Shown one piece after another: positions 38,394 to 48,200 of a stretch of 64,000 nt of DNA (position 1 is the first letter of the stretch; each line of letters opens with the position of its first letter). The notes beneath the pieces are model-generated. The model did no database searches. It had not been told where the DNA came from and saw nothing but the letters and a program-made list of their open reading frames with translations. This stretch comes from Bugula neritina (lineage: Eukaryota; Animalia; Bryozoa): contig OZ037766.1 in assembly GCA_964035545.1 (NCBI GenBank), positions 12,514,722 through 12,578,721 of the forward strand, in the 5' to 3' direction. Made by a program: the position numbers and the translations under genes.

Positions 38394-41300
38394 TCTCCGC
38401 CACCCGCAGGCCGAGTCTCCAGACTCACCCGAGGAGGGTTTACTCTGCACCCAGGGAGGCGCAGACGAAACCCCCCTCATCCGAATGGCAAGCTCCCCGG
38501 AGAACTTGGAGGCCGAAAGGCCTGCCCGAACCTCCAGCTTGGCCACTCAACAACCGGTTCGCGGGGTTACCCGAGGAGGTTGTGGAGGAGGATACTGATT
38601 CCGACCGGGATTTCCCCCGACTGCCCCCCAAACCTCAGAAAACCCCCGTGGTCCCTAGGACGTGTAAGAGGCCTACCGTCCAGACCCAGGAAGTGTCTCC
38701 CCCAGAGACAGACTACTCGAAGCACACCCAACCATACGGAAGCAGCTATTTCCTGCCCGGCAAGATTGCGGGCAAAGCTGCCACCTTCCTGTTGGACACT
38801 GGGTGCACCACAAACCTTCTGAGTAGGCGTCTCTTCGACACTCTTGGCGCTCGGGAGCGGGAAAGCCTCAAGCCGTATAATGGTGAGCACGGTACGTTGG
38901 CGGACGGATCGAGCATACCATTTTACGGCCTCATCTCACTACCCGGAAGAGTTCGGGATCTCGTAATCCACGAGACCTTCATAGTGAGTCACCTGAAGGA
39001 GGATGCTATTCTTGGCATGCCCTTCCTTGAGGAGCACCAATGCCACATGGACTTCAACAAGTCAGCAATAGTGGTGGATGGCAAGGAACTTACCTGCGTG
39101 GATAAGTTCGGCAGGCCTCTGGTAGGAGGCGTACAGGTGGTCCGGGACAGCCTAATTCCCGGGCGCTCTCAGGCTACACTCCTGTGCAGGGTCAACTGCA
39201 AGGAGATCTCTGAGCTAGGGGTTGTGGAGGGCATGCACGGAAAGGTACAATTGGCAAACAGCCTGAATCGGCTAGACTGCCGTGGAGAGTTCCTGGTGCA
39301 GTGCATCAACCCCTACGCGGAGCCGGTGAAGTTATCGGCTGGTTCACTGGTGGGCAGGTATCACTCGGTTCAGGAGACTGATGTTGGGCCCACACTCGAT
39401 GCGACGTCGGAGACACCGAGTCGCCCCCTGGAGTCTGGCATGGGACCAGTCCCAGAGCATGTGGCGGAATTATACAAGGGAGCCTGTGGTGGTTGTGGAA
39501 GTAACGTGGAGCGCCAACGGATGGCCCAGTTACTTCGAGAGTACCAAGATGTATTCAGCCAAGGAGACGAGGACATGGGGTTGACTAACGTAGTGCGGCA
39601 CGAGATACCCCTAGTAACCGGGACTGCCCCCATACGACAACCCACTCGACGGCTGGGCCCGGAAAAGGAGAGGGAGGTTAGCCGGCAAGTCCAGGACTTG
39701 CTTGATCGGGACCTGATTGAGCCAGCCCACGGTGCGTGGAGCTCACCAGTCGTTCTGGTCAAAAAGAAGGATGGGAGCTGGAGATTCTGCGTTGATTACC
39801 GCAAGTTGAACAGCGTCACCATCCAGGATGCCTACCCCCTCCCCCGGATAGACGAGTCGCTAGATGCCCTCGCGGGAAGTAGATACTTCAGCACGCTGGA
39901 CCTACTGAGTGGATACTGGCAAGTACCCCTCAGTCCTGATGCACAGGACAAGGCCGCGTTCATCACCCGCGATGGCCTCTGGAGATGGAAGGTGTTGCCA
40001 TTCGGGCTGACATCCGCCCCGGCCACCTTTCAGCGGCTCATGGAGCAGGTCCTCAGTGGGTTACACTGGAAGACGCTGCTAGTCTATCTGGACGACGTCA
40101 TTGTTATCTCGCCAGACTTTTCGACTCATGTCAGTCGTCTGCGCGAGGTCTTTGACCGTCTCCGGGCCGCCGGGCTAAAGCTTAAACCCTCGAAATGTGC
40201 TCTCCTGCAGCAGGAAGTCAAATATCTCGGACATGTGGTCAGCCGGGACGGCGTTGCCACCGACCCCGAGAAAGTACGGGCCGTACAAGACTGGACTGTT
40301 CCCCAAGATATCCATGAACTGAGAGCGTTCCTAGGACTGGTGGGATATTACCGGCAGTATATCCCTGAATTCGCAGGTATGGCACAGCCATTAAATCGGC
40401 TAACCGCCAAAGGAGTCCGGTGGCGTTGGACTCAGGAAGAACAACAGGCTTTTGATCATCTCAAGGCCCGGCTAGTGGAGGCACCCATCCTGGCTTACCC
40501 CGACCCGACCAAACAGTATATCTTGGATACAGACGCTAGCGACCACAGTATGGGGGCTGTGTTGTCCCAGGTACAAGGAGGTACCGAGGTAGTGGTGGCG
40601 TACTACAGCAAGGCCCTCTCCTCCGCCGAAAGAAACTACTGCACGACCAGGAAGGAACTCCTAGCAGTAGTTAAGGCGGTGAAGCATTTCCGGCCATATC
40701 TATATGGTAGAACGTTCAGATTACGAACTGACCATGCATCACTGATATGGCTGTGCAAACGGGCCGAACCCTCCAGCCAGGTCGCCAGGTGGCTCGAAAT
40801 ACTTGCAGAATTCTCATATCGGATTGAACATCGCGCCGGCCGGAAGCATGGAAATGCTGATGGTCTGAGCCGTCGTCCAGAGAGAGACTGCAAGCAATGC
40901 CTCCATATAGAGAAGCGGGACGGGGGACCCGCCCGCTCGGAAGTCGAGACACAACTGAAGGAAACAGAAGCCTACAGGTGGGAACAAGGCCGACTGCAAT
41001 CCGATGTCCATTCAGATGCTGTCCAGGCCCTTCGGGTCAACCCCACCTTAGCCAGAAATGTCCAGGACTTGTGCCGATTACAGGAAACCCTGCCGGGGGT
41101 AGTGGGAGAGATATTCAGGGCCAAGAAGGAGGGGCGCCGGCCAGGTGAGGAGGAGCAGCGGCAGAAGGGCGTTGAATTCCAACAGTTCTGCCACCGCTGG
41201 GACTCCCTCAAATTCAACTCAGACGGATTGCTAACCATCTCCTTGGCAGCAGACAGGCAACACCAGGAACGGGAGCGGGTTGTGTGCCCACACCCCCTCC

Positions 41301-44227
41301 GGAGAGAGCTCATCTGGGAGACTCACAAGCAAGCCCATGCGGGGACCAGTAGAGTGATTCGGTGCCTACAGATGCGGTGGTACTGGCCTGGGATGACAAG
41401 GGATGTGAGGCTACAGATCCGGCAATGTGAAATCTGCCAGGCGAGTAAGCATGGCCGTTCTACCGAGACCACGGGACGGCGCAGGCTGTACGCCGGTCGC
41501 CCGTGGCAGACAGTGGCAGTCGACTTGGTGGGTCCCATGCCGACGTCCGCTCGTGGAAACAACTGGATTCTGGTACTAACGGATCATTTTACTAGGTGGG
41601 CAGATGCCTTGGCAATCCCGGACGCCTCCGCCCCGACGGTAGCCCGAGCTTTAGATCAGCACGTTTTCTGCTATTTCGGGCTACCGGAGCAGATCCACAC
41701 AGATCAAGGGGCACAGTTCCAATCACAGCTGATGAGGGACCTCTGTCGGGTATGGGGGGTCAACCAAAGTAGGACCACCCCCTACCACCCCCAAGGAAAT
41801 GGCGTAGTGGAACGCAACAACAGGATGTTGGGGGACGCCCTGAGAAGTCTACTACTAGGGAAAAGCCAAGAAGAATGGGACGCCGTGCTACCCCAGATCA
41901 TGCGTGCATATCGCAGTACTCCCCACTCTAGCACCCAGGAGACACCCAATTTCCTAATGCTAGGCCGGGAAACGCGGGTCCCGGATCATCTCACGTACCA
42001 CGTCCCCCTCCCAGAGGGACCTGTCCATGAATACGTGAGAGAGCTGGTTGATAGGATGCGGACGGCCCATGAGGTCTTAAGGGAAAAACAATGGCAAGTG
42101 CGAGGGGAAGACTCGGACGAGCCCCCACTCTACCAGGCTGGCGATTGGGTATGGATGATTAGTTACAGGAGGAAGCGCGGACAGTCGGCTAAATTACAGC
42201 CCAAGTTCGTGGGACCATACTGCATCATCGAAGTACTACCCAATCACACGTACCGCGTAGAACGCTCCGGACAGATTTCCGTCCAAAGCGAGAAACGCTT
42301 AAAACCGTACTGGGCCAGCCCTGGGGCAGTAGGACAAGCACCACCACTCCTGGAGCCAGCACGACGACCCACCGGGGGAGGAAGGGCGCCCCCCACCCGA
42401 GAGTGGGAACTCCCCTATAACATACCAGAGAGAAACCCCGAAGCACAAGAACCACCCCCCACTGTGCAAGAGCCCCCCGAGCAACCGGCACCTCAGGCGC
42501 CCCCACCAGTAAGACCACCCCCCGCCATACCAGAGAGGTTAGACCCACCTACCCTGGAAGTAGGAGAGAGTAGAGCCACCAACCCTGGGGGACAGGCCAC
42601 TTTGCCAGACACAGAAGGCCTAAGGCGTAGCCAGAGGACTCGAAGACCTCCTGGGTACTTAGGGGAATATTACTGTGGCCAGATAGGGAAAGGATACCTT
42701 AGCTCGGAGGACGAAGGGCCCCCCTTGTATTACAACTATTCACCACCTAACCACACCACCGGGGAGGCTCGATATCGGCAGGGGATCACTTCGAGGTTCC
42801 TCACCCAGATCGGACAAAAACCCGATCCCGAAGTTGGAAAAACCCAGGCGAGGGACTCTCGCGATAAACCACGAACGCATACTTCGTTCATTCCAATCGC
42901 AGCAAGCACACACGCCACACGGAATTTAATCTCTCGCCATCTAACAAATATGGATATTACACCCACTCACCTGAATGTTGAAGAAGAGTCCGGCGCACAC
43001 CCTGGTAAGTCCACTAGACTAGAATTACCTCCTATACCGGAGAATTGTCTAGGTGGTGATGACCGTAGGAACTCGAACTCTGATTCCCAGAGTAAGTTCG
43101 AGATGTGGAGAACTCACACTTGGAACTCTGGAGGGTCAGAGTCACCCAACAGAGATTACCTACTTGACCAGGACATCCAGAGTGTCACTCTACCCCCACC
43201 TCGGCAGCTCGCAGTATCGCGACGAGTGCCATATAAGGATATCACTAATAATAGAGTGAGTCAGCCATCACGAGTTGGAGATATCGGTCAGACTCGACCA
43301 GCTCAACTCTCTATTTCTGTTGTAGACACCGACAAAGTCGTAGAGCCTGCCTCTACGACTCTCACCTCATTCGGAAGATCCTCCGAAATCGCGACACCCC
43401 AGGAGCAAGTAATGGAGGGAGATACGGAGACCCCTGCCACTGTCGTCGATATTGGACTAGATGAAGGGGAGGAACAGTCTATCCTGTCCTCATCTGAGAC
43501 CACAGACCCTCCTCAAGGACTAGGAGGAGCTGGAGAGCTAGGATTACCACGCGTTTTCAGCACCCGGTCTCACTGGACCAGCACCAAGACGCGGATCCTG
43601 ATAGCTGAGGCCTGCGGGGAGCCTAGCAACACCAAGTGCCCCACCTGTGGGCGGAGCTTTACCTCACACAGGCGACTACGGATACACGTCCAACAACATT
43701 ACGTCAACTCATTCTGTCCGTGTGGGGAGTTTAGCTTCCAGCGTGACTACGTGCTCAAGCACCAACGTATCGGCCGCTGCCACACGGGCAGAATTTTTGA
43801 TGTAGATGCGGACAATTACCTAGAATTCAGGGACCTGATTCTCCCCCACATCAGCGATCCCAAGAAGAGGGAGCTGTTGTCCCAAGGGTTCCCGGCCTGT
43901 CGACCCACTAGTCAGACGCAACCGCCAGAAGACCCCCCAAGTTGTGAGTTGCCACCCACCCAGCCTCTCCGGGTAGTGGTAACTCGAGCCGAAGCTACTG
44001 CAGAAGGAGACCGCTGGACGCCACGAGAAACGGCCCGAACTAGAAGAGAACGGCGTAGACAGGGCGCACCGAGGCCGCGTAGTACCACTCCCTATGCTAC
44101 TAGGCACACACACCGTGGGCCCCCGGAGAGTCTAGAGGATGTATATCGTGGCCTGGACAGGATCTCTGAGGAACTAGGACGCATACGACGCAGACTGCAG
44201 GACCTGGAGCAGCCCGCTCGACCCTAA
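38306..44227 (+). CDS. pol: Pol polyprotein (PR, RT, RNase H, IN) with a long C-terminal extension carrying tandem C2H2 zinc fingers and a coiled coil; probably translated as a Gag-Pol fusion
   Basis: LLDTGC (D at 38795), YLDD 40085-40096, LDTDAS RNase H, H...H...CEIC, integrase DDE (VDLVGP/TDQG/VERNNR), GPY 42212-42220, CPTC...H...H from 43637. Confidence 0.95.
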   Translation: MLEVWDNRSCATRLSPRTQRSVKHPRPAVISATRRPSLQTHPRRVYSAPREAQTKPPSSEWQAPRRTWRPKGLPEPPAWPLNNRFAGLPEEVVEEDTDSDRDFPRLPPKPQKTPVVPRTCKRPTVQTQEVSPPETDYSKHTQPYGSSYFLPGKIAGKAATFLLDTGCTTNLLSRRLFDTLGARERESLKPYNGEHGTLADGSSIPFYGLISLPGRVRDLVIHETFIVSHLKEDAILGMPFLEEHQCHMDFNKSAIVVDGKELTCVDKFGRPLVGGVQVVRDSLIPGRSQATLLCRVNCKEISELGVVEGMHGKVQLANSLNRLDCRGEFLVQCINPYAEPVKLSAGSLVGRYHSVQETDVGPTLDATSETPSRPLESGMGPVPEHVAELYKGACGGCGSNVERQRMAQLLREYQDVFSQGDEDMGLTNVVRHEIPLVTGTAPIRQPTRRLGPEKEREVSRQVQDLLDRDLIEPAHGAWSSPVVLVKKKDGSWRFCVDYRKLNSVTIQDAYPLPRIDESLDALAGSRYFSTLDLLSGYWQVPLSPDAQDKAAFITRDGLWRWKVLPFGLTSAPATFQRLMEQVLSGLHWKTLLVYLDDVIVISPDFSTHVSRLREVFDRLRAAGLKLKPSKCALLQQEVKYLGHVVSRDGVATDPEKVRAVQDWTVPQDIHELRAFLGLVGYYRQYIPEFAGMAQPLNRLTAKGVRWRWTQEEQQAFDHLKARLVEAPILAYPDPTKQYILDTDASDHSMGAVLSQVQGGTEVVVAYYSKALSSAERNYCTTRKELLAVVKAVKHFRPYLYGRTFRLRTDHASLIWLCKRAEPSSQVARWLEILAEFSYRIEHRAGRKHGNADGLSRRPERDCKQCLHIEKRDGGPARSEVETQLKETEAYRWEQGRLQSDVHSDAVQALRVNPTLARNVQDLCRLQETLPGVVGEIFRAKKEGRRPGEEEQRQKGVEFQQFCHRWDSLKFNSDGLLTISLAADRQHQERERVVCPHPLRRELIWETHKQAHAGTSRVIRCLQMRWYWPGMTRDVRLQIRQCEICQASKHGRSTETTGRRRLYAGRPWQTVAVDLVGPMPTSARGNNWILVLTDHFTRWADALAIPDASAPTVARALDQHVFCYFGLPEQIHTDQGAQFQSQLMRDLCRVWGVNQSRTTPYHPQGNGVVERNNRMLGDALRSLLLGKSQEEWDAVLPQIMRAYRSTPHSSTQETPNFLMLGRETRVPDHLTYHVPLPEGPVHEYVRELVDRMRTAHEVLREKQWQVRGEDSDEPPLYQAGDWVWMISYRRKRGQSAKLQPKFVGPYCIIEVLPNHTYRVERSGQISVQSEKRLKPYWASPGAVGQAPPLLEPARRPTGGGRAPPTREWELPYNIPERNPEAQEPPPTVQEPPEQPAPQAPPPVRPPPAIPERLDPPTLEVGESRATNPGGQATLPDTEGLRRSQRTRRPPGYLGEYYCGQIGKGYLSSEDEGPPLYYNYSPPNHTTGEARYRQGITSRFLTQIGQKPDPEVGKTQARDSRDKPRTHTSFIPIAASTHATRNLISRHLTNMDITPTHLNVEEESGAHPGKSTRLELPPIPENCLGGDDRRNSNSDSQSKFEMWRTHTWNSGGSESPNRDYLLDQDIQSVTLPPPRQLAVSRRVPYKDITNNRVSQPSRVGDIGQTRPAQLSISVVDTDKVVEPASTTLTSFGRSSEIATPQEQVMEGDTETPATVVDIGLDEGEEQSILSSSETTDPPQGLGGAGELGLPRVFSTRSHWTSTKTRILIAEACGEPSNTKCPTCGRSFTSHRRLRIHVQQHYVNSFCPCGEFSFQRDYVLKHQRIGRCHTGRIFDVDADNYLEFRDLILPHISDPKKRELLSQGFPACRPTSQTQPPEDPPSCELPPTQPLRVVVTRAEATAEGDRWTPRETARTRRERRRQGAPRPRSTTPYATRHTHRGPPESLEDVYRGLDRISEELGRIRRRLQDLEQPARP
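38369..38437 (+). promoter_or_regulatory. -1 programmed ribosomal frameshift signal (G_UUA_AAC plus downstream stem-loop or pseudoknot)
   Basis: pol is in the -1 frame relative to gag. The heptamer at 38369-38375 is in gag frame (CCG TTA AAC), followed by a 6-nt spacer and a perfect 9-bp stem GGCCTGCGG/CCGCAGGCC. Confidence 0.8.
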
Positions 44228-44432
44228 TGGTGACACTTCTCTTTATGTAAATATATATTCTTGTGTGTATTAATTCATTATCCCTTAACATTTTCTATCT
44301 TATATATTTTTGTTTGTGTGACTAAATTAGCCATTCCAGAACTCCCTTACATGTATTTTCTTTTATTTTCTTCCTTTTTTTTATTATTATATTATTTTTT
44401 TTTGATTATATCAGAAAGGGGTTGTACTTTCT

Positions 44433-44446
44433 GATGGAGGGGAGTG
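44433..44446 (+). promoter_or_regulatory. Polypurine tract
   Basis: GATGGAGGGGAGTG immediately before the 3' LTR. Confidence 0.85.
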
Positions 44447-45162
44447 TGTGGTAAAATTGTGTATAGTATAACTAAGGCTGTATTTCCCTTATTCTTATTA
44501 ACTTCATTCCCATGGAATGCGTGTTTTCCTAGATATACATCATTACATAGCTATAGTATTGTAACAGCTAAGTGTTAGTTGGCAATGATAGGATTAGCTA
44601 TTATTCCCAGCTACTTATTACTACTGACGTGACTGGATTAGCTATTGTTTCTGACGGCTCACAGGAACACTTATATAATCAAGATAACCGGGATTTCCCT
44701 GCGAAGTTCGCTCGATTCGAGCGATTCCTTTATTCTAGCCCTGCGAATCCCTGCGATTCGAGCGAATTCCCTCGAATTCGCTCGGAACATTCTAGTGGAA
44801 ATGTTTCCCAACGTATAAAAGGAGGCCCTCAACACAGTAGAGTCAGTCTTCAGCCAGCAGCACAACAGGACACATCTCGGAGCTACCAAGCCAGGACAAT
44901 AACACACTTAGTTAATTATCTTATACTTTGTTTACCAGTTTACTAGTAAGTTCTCCATACATGTAAGGAGTTGTCCTCCCTAACTGCTATTTTTGGATAT
45001 ATATATATTATGGAGTAAATAAAGGGGATTGTGAGTATTACATTTCTTATTTATTGTGCATAAATACCCTCCTACAAAGAGTCACTGTGTTCAATCAGCT
45101 AACAACCCACACCAATAATTGCATGCAGCGAATCATAACATTCTACGCATAAAATTATTACA
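44447..45162 (+). repeat. 3' LTR (716 bp)
   Basis: Copy of 36508-37223 at offset 7939; the ORF track gives identical translations in both LTRs. Confidence 0.97.
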
Positions 45163-45509
45163 CTATTAGCCTATTACTATTAGTAGCAGCAGTAGCACTA
45201 CTAGTACTAGTACTACGTAGTGATACTGATAGTGATAGTCATACTGAAAGTGAATCTAATTCTCATGTTGCTGATTTAAAGTTAAACTTAAATTTATAGC
45301 TACGAGTATTACTATTAGTATTAGCGCTAGTACTAGTAGTCGTACTATGAGTCAACCATCACCATGCGACACTCACACTGAGGCATCTATTACTTTATTA
45401 CTATTACATTTACTGGATTTAGATTTACTATAACATCAAATAAGTGTTAGTAGCACGGACTATTAGTATTAGCATTACTAAACTATGATACTCTATCAGT
45501 ATCACTATG

Positions 45510-48200
45510 TGCATCTCAATCTGTAGTACCCACTCTGTATTCACTCTGTGTCGATAGAACATTAGATATCACAAAAATGTGTAAGTTAAATGCCTCGTTT
45601 ATAACAGTGTGTTACAGTGGGTAGGCGGTGAATCAGCATATCACTGATTTTTTTAATTATTCATGAATATTTATTTTCAAATCCCGTATTGTTCGGGGAA
45701 GGAAGCTGTTGTGGTAGACACTAGTCTTTGCAAATATTGATGTTAACTGTCCTCTGCTCGCAGCTCTAGTGGTCATAGTTGTATTTAATCGGTTGTTGAC
45801 GATCTCATCATAATTAGAAGATAAAGTATTATTGCTGGTTTCATTTTCTAGAATTTTGTGTAGTAATGTCATTCGATGGTTTCGTCTTCTGGATTCTAGT
45901 GGTACCAGTTCAAGAAGATTTCTGGCTTCAGTGACACTTTCCCGTCCTTTAACAGTACTTATGAAGCGGACAGCTTTCCGTTGGACACTTTCTATGAATT
46001 CAATGGTCTGTTTACTGGTGGGATCCCATAGAGTGTCCCCATACTCCAGTATCGGTCGACACAGGCTAGTGTATACCAATAATCGGCTTTTGGTAGGTGC
46101 AGAATGTAGTGTGTATTTAATAGCCCCAAGAATTTTGGTTGCTTTGCTGGTTTTTTGAGCGATGTGTTGGTCAAACTTTAGATCTTGCTGGAGCGTGATA
46201 CCAAGATAGCGAGTCTTGTCTGTCCAAGGTATGTCAGCATCACCTAGTTTATACGCGGGTGTTTGGCTTCTTTTGTTGAATGCTATTGCATGGCATTTGG
46301 ATGCGTTAAATGGCGTTTTCCATTTCTGCGACCATGCTTGTACAGCATCAATGTTTTTTTGAAATTCTACCGATTCCTCGTAGCAGTTGACTTCCTGGTA
46401 TAAGAGGGTATCATCTGCATAAAGGCTAACGTTACAAGTTACTACATCTGGTAGATCGTTGATATATACAAGGAAGAGTGTAGGCCCTAGAACTGAACCT
46501 TGAGGTACTCCGGATGTCACATCCCACACACTCGACATTTGATTCTTTAGAACTACTCTCTGTTTTCGCCCTGTCAGAAAGTCTTGAATCCAGTTTAAAA
46601 GGGAGTGGTCTAAATCAGGAATAGCTCTCAGTTTCTGCAGTAGCAAGCTATGTGGTACTTTGTCAAAAGCCTTTTTAAAGTCTAAGATAAGGGCATGTGT
46701 AATTTTGTTCTGTTCCATTGATTTAGCCAGATCATGGTAAGTGGCACATAGTTGGGTCTCGCAGGACATACCTCTCCGGAACCCATGTTGCCGATGGTGA
46801 AGGAAGACATCCAGTTTTTTGTTGAGGTGATGAAGGACAATATGTTCAAGAATCTTACATGGTATTGATGTTAGGGAAATAGGCCTGTAATTGAACACTT
46901 GGTTAGCCTCTCCTCCTTTGTGAATTGGGGTCACATTTGCCAGTTTCCATTGGTCAGGCAATCGGCCATATTTTATGGAGGCTCGATATATGTGACTGAG
47001 ACACTCAGCGGTGGTATGTATATCTATCATGAGGTCTGGTTTCCGGATCCCATCCGGTTCCGGAGACTTACCATTTTCTAGTGAGATAATCAGCTTAGCA
47101 ACACCATCTTCCGATATCTCTATTTTTTCATCGGGAGACTCCAATGGCGGGATACCATCAATACAGTGATCTTGGCAAAATTGCTGCTGAAAGAAATTAT
47201 TCAACATGTTTGCACACTCACTGGGGTCATCCGAGGATTGGCCGTTTGTTTGGAGGCTCATTGGTGGAGGACACTGCATTCTTGTGTTTCTCACGTGACG
47301 GTAGAAGGGCTTCGAGTTTCCTCGTGCGAGTGGGCCACATATTTTATCCACAAGGAAATTAGTTTTCATCCGTCGAACCTCTTTTTTAGTCGTCCTCCGC
47401 TCTTGCTTAAATTTTTTTAGGAAAAAGGAATCCCCAGTTTGTTTATATTTCTTATATGTTCTTCTTTGTTTAGAGACAAGTTTTTCAGCTGCTTTACCAA
47501 ACCACTCAGGTTGACTGGTCTTCTTGCGATTAAGCTCTTTTGTAGGAACACAATCCTCTATGTTTGCCTGTAGTTGACTGGTGAATAACAACCACATTTT
47601 GTTTAGATCCTCCATCCCTGCCAAGTTTTCACTGAGTTCCTGCATACGCTCACAAAAGGTCTCTTCATCAGCCTCTTTGTATCGTTTCACAATGAGTTTA
47701 GTGCTAGCTTTGTGCCGCTGGACCACAGGCTTTAATGTAGCACTTACAATGTAGTGATCACTCAAGCCAGGTTGAATGATGTCAGTATCCAAGACGTAGC
47801 CAGGTGTATTAATGCAGATGAGGTCTAATGTGTTTCCCTTGACATGAGTTGGCTCCAAAACCATCTGGCTCAGCATAAATTCATCCAGGATATTGATAAA
47901 CTCCCTGTGAATGTGCTTGTGTTGGCATTCAGTTATTTTAGCAGTTTTGCCTTTGGCTGATCTAGTATTTGCGAGAAAAAGTTTTAGCATGTTGTCTCCT
48001 TTGTTTGATTGAGAGCAGGGTTCAGCGGGCGCCATTCCCCCGATTAGAGTCGCTCTTCTATTCCAACTTTCGTTTCCCGGGTTCTGATGCGGTACTGTCT
48101 GTTTGCATTTGCGTCATCTTCTTTAAGTCTGCGAATTTGATCACGGAGTTGAAATTCTTTATCACGCATTTCTTTACTGGTATCAAGCTTGCAGAAAAAT
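45510..48200 (-). mobile_element. 5'-truncated non-LTR retrotransposon (LINE, APE-RT type): ORF1 C-terminal remnant, ORF2 and 3' UTR; ends approximate
   Basis: ORF1-like tail DTSKEMRDKEFQLRDQIRRLKEDD...YRIR (~48185-48050) followed by the ORF2 below; no TSD found. Confidence 0.85.
45657..48035 (-). CDS. LINE ORF2: internally deleted AP endonuclease plus apparently intact reverse transcriptase
   Basis: LANTRS, PTH..NTLDL and SDHY endonuclease motifs; NYRPISLTS, QHGFR, LDFKKAFD, GVPQGSVLGP, YADD and YLG RT motifs. Confidence 0.9.
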   Translation of the reverse strand: MAPAEPCSQSNKGDNMLKLFLANTRSAKGKTAKITECQHKHIHREFINILDEFMLSQMVLEPTHVKGNTLDLICINTPGYVLDTDIIQPGLSDHYIVSATLKPVVQRHKASTKLIVKRYKEADEETFCERMQELSENLAGMEDLNKMWLLFTSQLQANIEDCVPTKELNRKKTSQPEWFGKAAEKLVSKQRRTYKKYKQTGDSFFLKKFKQERRTTKKEVRRMKTNFLVDKICGPLARGNSKPFYRHVRNTRMQCPPPMSLQTNGQSSDDPSECANMLNNFFQQQFCQDHCIDGIPPLESPDEKIEISEDGVAKLIISLENGKSPEPDGIRKPDLMIDIHTTAECLSHIYRASIKYGRLPDQWKLANVTPIHKGGEANQVFNYRPISLTSIPCKILEHIVLHHLNKKLDVFLHHRQHGFRRGMSCETQLCATYHDLAKSMEQNKITHALILDFKKAFDKVPHSLLLQKLRAIPDLDHSLLNWIQDFLTGRKQRVVLKNQMSSVWDVTSGVPQGSVLGPTLFLVYINDLPDVVTCNVSLYADDTLLYQEVNCYEESVEFQKNIDAVQAWSQKWKTPFNASKCHAIAFNKRSQTPAYKLGDADIPWTDKTRYLGITLQQDLKFDQHIAQKTSKATKILGAIKYTLHSAPTKSRLLVYTSLCRPILEYGDTLWDPTSKQTIEFIESVQRKAVRFISTVKGRESVTEARNLLELVPLESRRRNHRMTLLHKILENETSNNTLSSNYDEIVNNRLNTTMTTRAASRGQLTSIFAKTSVYHNSFLPRTIRDLKINIHE

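Larger units (their letters stand above)
36508..45162 (+). mobile_element. Full-length Ty3/Gypsy (Metaviridae) LTR retrotransposon, 8,655 bp, 4-bp TSD CTAT
   Basis: TG...CA LTRs; CTAT at 36504-36507 and 45163-45166; PBS; PPT; gag; pol in PR-RT-RH-IN order. Confidence 0.98.

Noticed and set aside
42950-44227. env gene or chromodomain after integrase
   Set aside because: No signal peptide, transmembrane helix or chromodomain aromatic pattern; Cys/His spacing fits C2H2 fingers
37259-44291. Many short antisense and alternate-frame ORFs in the Gypsy body
   Set aside because: Expected shadows of GC-rich coding sequence; no motifs
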